This document shows positions 59,699 through 64,000 of a stretch of 64,000 nt of DNA, one piece after another. The notes below the pieces were generated by a model. The model did no database searches. It saw only the letters and a list, made by a program, of their open reading frames with translations, and was not told the DNA's origin. The translations under genes were made by a program, and so were the position numbers. The stretch spans positions 1,974 to 65,973 of the forward strand of contig CAKZPT010000091.1 of assembly GCA_937139365.1 (NCBI GenBank), given 5' to 3'. How positions within the stretch are numbered: position 1 is the first letter of the stretch; each line of letters begins with the position of its first letter. Source of the stretch: an uncultured bacterium. GTDB taxonomy: Bacteria > Verrucomicrobiota > Kiritimatiellia > PWTM01.

Positions 59699-61475
59699 GT
59701 GCAAACGCAACCGTACGGCATCACGGCGGGCATGGTGTGGGCCGCTCTTGCATTCAGCGGGACGGTGTGGGCGGCGGACGGCGTCGAGGCGGGGCTTGTC
59801 CATGTCCGCGGGGAGTGCCGCCAATAGCATCCGTCGACCCTCGACGTGCAAGGGCCGGAGGCCGACGAGACGGGCACATCGCCCAATCCGTTTCTCGATT
59901 ATCGATTGACGTGGCGGCTGACCGCGCCCAGCGGAGGCCGCGAGGTCGCCGTGCCGGGATATTTTGCGGCGGACGGCCGCGCGGCGGAAAGCGGTGCGAC
60001 CCGCGGGAACCGGTGGCGCGCGCATTTTGTCCCCGACCAGTCGGGGCGGTGGACGTGGCGGCTGGAGTTCGTCCAGGGGCCGGGCATCGCCGTCTCCGAT
60101 GACCCCGGGGAGCCTGTGGCGGGGCCGCATGGGGCGGGCGGCGCGTTTAAGGTGGCGCCGGCGGCCCTTTCCGACGATCCTATCCGCCGCCGCGGCCGCC
60201 TGACGCCGGCTGGCGGCCGGTACCGGCGTTTCCTCGGCGACGGCTCGTGGTTCTTGAAAGCGGGCGCCGCCTCCCCCGAGACCCTACTGGCGTACCGCGA
60301 CTTCGACGGCACCGAGGCGCGCAAATCCTCGGCCGCTCCGCTGAAAACATAGGCGCCGCACCCTGGCGACTGGCAGCCCGGCGATCCCGTCTGGCGCGGC
60401 GAGCGCGGCCGTGGCCTGATCGGGGCCTTCAACTACCTGGCCGCCGTTGGCGTCAACGGCGTCTCCTTCCTCACCAACAATGCGGGCGGCGACGGCGACA
60501 ACGTCTGGCCGTTCGCCGCCCGCGACGACAAGCTGCACTACGACTGCGGACGGCGGCCGCCTGGGCGTGGAGCGGAAGCTCTACCTCCGCGAGATCGTCG
60601 CCCGCTTCGAGCATTTCCTGGCCGTCACGTGGAACCTTGGAGAGGAGTGCTCGTTGAGCACCGACGAGATCGCCGCGATGGCCCGCCACCTCCGGCAGCT
60701 CGATCCCTACGGCCACCTCGTTGTCGGCCACACCTTCCCCGACCAGCAGGACGCTGTCTACCGCCCCCTGCTCGGCCGCGCGGACGTCGTTACGGGGGTC
60801 TCGCTCCAGAACGGCTGGTCCGCCGCCCACCGCCAGACCTGGACTTGGATCGTCGAGTCCGAGCGCAGCGGCCATCTGTGGGTGGTGGCCAACGACGAGC
60901 AGAACCCCGCCGATCTGGGCGTGCCCCCCGACGAGGGCTGGAAGGGGTTCGACGGGCTTGCCCGCGGCGAACGCGGCCGACCCTACACCCGCCACGACAT
61001 CCGCAAGCGCTGCCTCTGGGGCACCCTCATGGCTGGTGGGGAGGGCGTCGAGTACTTCTTCGGGTACCGCCTGCCGGAAAACGACCTGAATTGCGAGGAT
61101 TTCCGCAGCCGCGAAGGCGCCTGGCGCGACGCCGCCTTGGCGCGCGCCTTCTTCCGCGACCACAAGGTGCCGTTCTGGGAGATGCGGAACGCGGACGAAC
61201 GGGTCGGCAACCATCGCCGCGGCGACGGCGCCTATTGCCTTTCGAAGCCCGGCCTCGCCCACGTGGTCTACCTGCCAACGGGGGGTACGGTGCGCCTCGA
61301 CCTGTCGGACGACCCGACGGAGTACGACGCCGGATGGTACGACCCCCGCGCCGGCGGCCCGCTCCGGCCCGTCGCGCCGGCGCGAGTGCGCGGGGGAGGG
61401 GTTGTTGAGATTGGGCCTCCGCCGGCCGATCCACCGGAGGACTGGGCGTTTCTATTGCGCAGGACCGGAGGGTGA
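59699..61475 (+). pseudogene. Secreted glycoside-hydrolase-like protein (DUF5060 N-terminal domain plus a DUF4038/GH-like catalytic domain), interrupted by two in-frame TAG codons and one frameshift
   Basis: Signal peptide (M)QTQPYGITAGMVWAALAFSG. TAG at 59825-59827 sits in ..VRGECRQ*HPSTLDVQGPEADETGTSPNPFLDYRL; the stop aligns to the conserved W of DUF5060 homologues (..KQWHxVTLTFxGP..NPFxDYRL). A second TAG is at 60350-60352 (..APLKT*APHPGDWQPGDPVW..). A frameshift near 60545 leads into frame 60447-61475 (..YLREIVARFEHFLAVTWNLGEE ... HLWVVANDEQN ...). Confidence 0.55.
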
Positions 61476-61501
61476 GAACCGTCCGCAGGGGGGGGCGTCG
61501 G

Positions 61502-62419
61502 TCACACTTCCGGCGGACGTTCCCGGAACGCGAGGACAGGGTCGAGGCTCTCGGCGCCGCAGAGCAGCATCGCGAGGCGGTCCACGCCGAGCGCGATCCC
61601 CGCGCAGCGGGGCAGGCGGCCGAGGCAGGCGAGAAACGCATCGTCCAAGGGATGAACCTCGTCGCCCGCGGCCTGCCGTTGCGCCGCCCACTCCGCGTAC
61701 CGCTGCTCGTGCTCGGTGCGATCGGTCAACTCGTCGTAGGCGTTGGCCACCTCCACCCCATCGAGGTAGAGCTCGAATCGCTCCGCCCGCGGCGGGGGAC
61801 CGGGTGCGGTGCGGGCGAACGCGGCCCGCTGCGGCGGATATCCGGTCAACGCCACCGGCCGATCGCGCGGAAGTGCCGGCTCGACCTTCCCGACGAGGTC
61901 GAGGTCGAACCGGTCCTCGTCCCACGCCGCGAGCGGATCCCACCCCGCCCAGCGGCGGAACGCCTCCGCGACCTCGAGCTTCGCCCACGGCGCGGTGAGG
62001 TCCGTTTCGCCCTCCCCGCGCCGGATCACGTTCCGGCCGGTCGCCCGCACCGCGACGAACGGCAGCAGTTCGCGCAAGTCCCGTTCGATCTCGTCGAGGC
62101 CGGCGCCAGCGCGGTACCACTCAAGCATCGTGAACTCGGGGTGGTGCAGCGGGCCCGTCTCGCCGGCGCGGAAACAGGGCCCGATCTGGACCAGCCGCGG
62201 CCAGCCCTCGGCCAGCAGCCGCTTCATGTGCAGTTCCGGCGAGGTGCGCAGCCAGCCGCCGCCGGCGGGCACGGCGCGGATGTGTGGCTCTAACACCGGG
62301 GTCGTCACGCGTACCGGTGTCTCCACCTCGAGGAAGTCGCGGTCGTGGAAAAACTCCCGGATTGCGGCCAGCATGCGCGCGCGAATCGCCAGCGGGTGGT
62401 CCGCGGACGGCGGCGGCAC
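61502..62419 (-). CDS. epmA: EF-P lysine-34 beta-lysyltransferase (PoxA/GenX, class II aaRS-like)
   Basis: LysRS-like catalytic motifs (FLEVETP ... WLRTSPELHMKRLL ... GPCFRAGETGPLHHPEFTMLEWY ... GIALGVDRLAML). Confidence 0.75.
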   Translation of the reverse strand: MPPPSADHPLAIRARMLAAIREFFHDRDFLEVETPVRVTTPVLEPHIRAVPAGGGWLRTSPELHMKRLLAEGWPRLVQIGPCFRAGETGPLHHPEFTMLEWYRAGAGLDEIERDLRELLPFVAVRATGRNVIRRGEGETDLTAPWAKLEVAEAFRRWAGWDPLAAWDEDRFDLDLVGKVEPALPRDRPVALTGYPPQRAAFARTAPGPPPRAERFELYLDGVEVANAYDELTDRTEHEQRYAEWAAQRQAAGDEVHPLDDAFLACLGRLPRCAGIALGVDRLAMLLCGAESLDPVLAFRERPPEV

Positions 62420-62431
62420 GTCGCCCCCTCC

Positions 62432-63034
62432 TCAGCCCGCCGGCCCGGCGGCCAGCGTCTCCAGCCCGTGCCGGATGATCTTCACCGCGATCGCCGCCAA
62501 TAGCAGCTCCGCGATCTTCGCGAGCGCCTTCGCGCCCGACTGGCCCAGCGCCCGCTGGATGCGCGCAGCAAAGTGCAGCGTCGCGCCGACGATCAGGAGG
62601 TTGCCCAACAGCGCCGCAATCGTCGCCGCCGCGCCGTGCTGATCGAGCAGCAAGATCGTCGTCGTCAGCGTCGCCGGCCCCACGATCAGCGGCACGCCGA
62701 TCGGCACCGCGCCCAGGGTGTCGTCCGCCAGGCCCGTCCGGTGCGGATCCGAAGCCACAAGGTTCCGCAGCGAGATGATGAACAGCAGCAGCCCGCCGGC
62801 GACCATGAAGTCCGCGACGCTGACCCCCAGCAGGTTGAAGATCGCCTTCCCCACGGCGAGGAACGCCAGCGCCACCGCCGTCGCCGTGATCATGGACTGG
62901 GCGACAATCCGCCGGACGCGTTCCGGCGGCAGGCCCTCGACCAGCGAATTGAACGTCGGGACGACCGAAATCGGGTTCAACGCCGCGAACAGCGGAACGA
63001 AGCACAGCCAGAACCCGTCGACGATCCCGGCCAT
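62432..63034 (-). CDS. MarC family (UPF0056) integral membrane protein
   Basis: Roughly 200-aa six-TM protein whose profile matches MarC/UPF0056. Confidence 0.55.
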   Translation of the reverse strand: MAGIVDGFWLCFVPLFAALNPISVVPTFNSLVEGLPPERVRRIVAQSMITATAVALAFLAVGKAIFNLLGVSVADFMVAGGLLLFIISLRNLVASDPHRTGLADDTLGAVPIGVPLIVGPATLTTTILLLDQHGAAATIAALLGNLLIVGATLHFAARIQRALGQSGAKALAKIAELLLAAIAVKIIRHGLETLAAGPAG

Positions 63035-63049
63035 GGCGTGCCCCGCCCC

Positions 63050-63619
63050 CTACCGACGGGCCACGCGTTCGACGTACTCGCCCGTGCGAGTGTCGATGCG
63101 CACCCAGTCGCCCTGGTTGATGAACAAGGGCACGCGCAGCTCGTAGCCGCTGTCGATCTTAGCGGGCTTCGTCACGTTCGTCGCCGTGTCGCCCCGGACG
63201 CCCGGCTCGGTCTCCACGATCTCCTTCTCCACGAAAGGCTTGACGAATTCGACCGCGATGACCTGCCCGTTGTGGCGCAGCAGGCTGACCTCGCAGTCCT
63301 CCGTCAGAAAATACCGCGCGTCGCCGAGGGTTTCGGGGGAGAGGGAGAACTCCTCGAAAGTGCGCGGGTCGGTGAAGACGTAGTGGTGCCCGTCCTCGTA
63401 CGAGAAGTGGACGATCCGTTCCTCGAGGTCCGGCTTGTTGATCTTGTCCACCTCCCGGAAGGTGCGGTCCTGGGTGGTGCGCGTGATCAGGTTCTTGATT
63501 CGGCACTTGTACATGGCCTGGCCCTTGCCGGGCTTGACGAAGTTGAACTCGACGACCTCGTACGGCACGCCGTCGAGCTCGATCTTCAGGCCCTTTCGAA
63601 GGTCGGAAGCGGTGTACAT
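63050..63619 (-). CDS. efp: Elongation factor P
   Basis: MYTASDLRKGLKIELDGVPYEVVEFNFVKPGKGQAMYKCRIKNL... The modifiable Lys in the PGKGQA loop is present. Start at ATG 63617-63619. Confidence 0.85.
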   Translation of the reverse strand: MYTASDLRKGLKIELDGVPYEVVEFNFVKPGKGQAMYKCRIKNLITRTTQDRTFREVDKINKPDLEERIVHFSYEDGHHYVFTDPRTFEEFSLSPETLGDARYFLTEDCEVSLLRHNGQVIAVEFVKPFVEKEIVETEPGVRGDTATNVTKPAKIDSGYELRVPLFINQGDWVRIDTRTGEYVERVARR

Positions 63620-63786
63620 GTCGCGGTCTCCGGGTCGGTGGCCAACGGCCCGCAAACCCACAGTATGTGCGAAGGCCCGCCGGCCCGCAAGCCGCCTCCC
63701 CTCCGCGGTCCGCTCGCCCTCCCGCATTCCGCCGAGCCGAAGGGCGGTTGACGCACTCCTCCTGTTCATTTATTTTTGAACTCGAT

Positions 63787-64000
63787 GAACATCCAGGCCC
63801 CGACCCGGCCCGGCACCACCTCCGCCGCGGCCGCCGCCATCGAGCGCGAGCTGATCGAGTTGTTCGTCCACGTCGCCGACCTCGTCGGTCTGCCCCGTTC
63901 CGTCGGCGAACTGTACGGCTGCCTGTTCATCGCCTCCTCGCCGCTGACCATGGACGACCTAATGCGGAGGCTGGGGCTCAGCAAAGGCGCCACCAGCCAG
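63787..64000 (+). CDS. Partial (5' end only) HTH transcriptional regulator, GbsR/MarR-like winged helix. The gene continues beyond the window.
   Basis: MNIQAPTRPGTTSAAAAAIERELIELFVHVADLVGLPRSVGELYGCLFIASSPLTMDDLMRRLGLSKGATSQ matches the N-terminal wHTH of GbsR-type regulators. An AT-rich stretch lies upstream. It has no stop codon, so it is absent from the ORF track. Confidence 0.45.

Overview
A 64-kb, roughly 70% GC chromosomal segment. The gene content (PEP-CTERM protein, a DUF1559 prepilin-like protein with an H-X9-DG motif, several sulfatases plus an FGE-type sulfatase-maturase domain, a PmoA-family protein, large hybrid sensor kinases, a eukaryote-like Ser/Thr kinase) points to a Planctomycetes-Verrucomicrobia-Chlamydiae-superphylum organism, probably Verrucomicrobia, Kiritimatiellae or Lentisphaerae. 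This lineage call is an inference from gene content only.

The window is a mix of housekeeping genes and signalling genes. Housekeeping genes found are prmA, thrC-thrB, dapB, dnaG, efp-epmA, a KamA-family (EpmB-like) radical-SAM gene, a TrmH methyltransferase, a heterodimeric ABC exporter pair and four tRNAs. Signalling genes are three hybrid histidine kinases and a Ser/Thr kinase carrying leucine-rich repeats (LRR).

The most notable feature is a sequence I read as a cobalamin (B12) riboswitch. It has its own sigma70-like promoter and a hairpin that sequesters the Shine-Dalgarno (SD) sequence. It sits directly upstream of a PEP-CTERM-anchored surface protein, which is followed by an overlapping DUF1559 pseudopilin-like gene. 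This may be an exosortase-anchored corrinoid-capture system.

The second major observation concerns the glycan-utilisation and sulfatase genes. rhaA, rhaT, a GH51 arabinofuranosidase, a DUF5060/GH-like gene, an esterase, a URO-D-family gene, one sulfatase, and a roughly 1100-aa multi-domain protein (PD40 beta-propeller, hydrazine-synthase-alpha (HzsA)-mid-like heme-c domain, FGE-sulfatase domain) all carry frameshifts and/or in-frame stops. Every long core or regulatory gene is intact. The frameshifts I could resolve fall in homopolymer runs (GGG to GG, and a T5 run). Two of the in-frame stops replace conserved Trp codons (TGG to TGA or TAG). The lesions are therefore either real pseudogenisation of an accessory carbohydrate island or consensus errors from an error-prone assembly. 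Only raw reads can decide.

Other points: a 26-nt AT-rich exact repeat at two distant intergenic sites; a GC-rich palindromic hairpin at the junction between a truncated RND-transporter fragment and the ABC exporter; a PHP-domain/GT4 glycosyltransferase fusion; and an AT-rich divergent intergenic island. No CRISPR array, transposase or integrase was seen.
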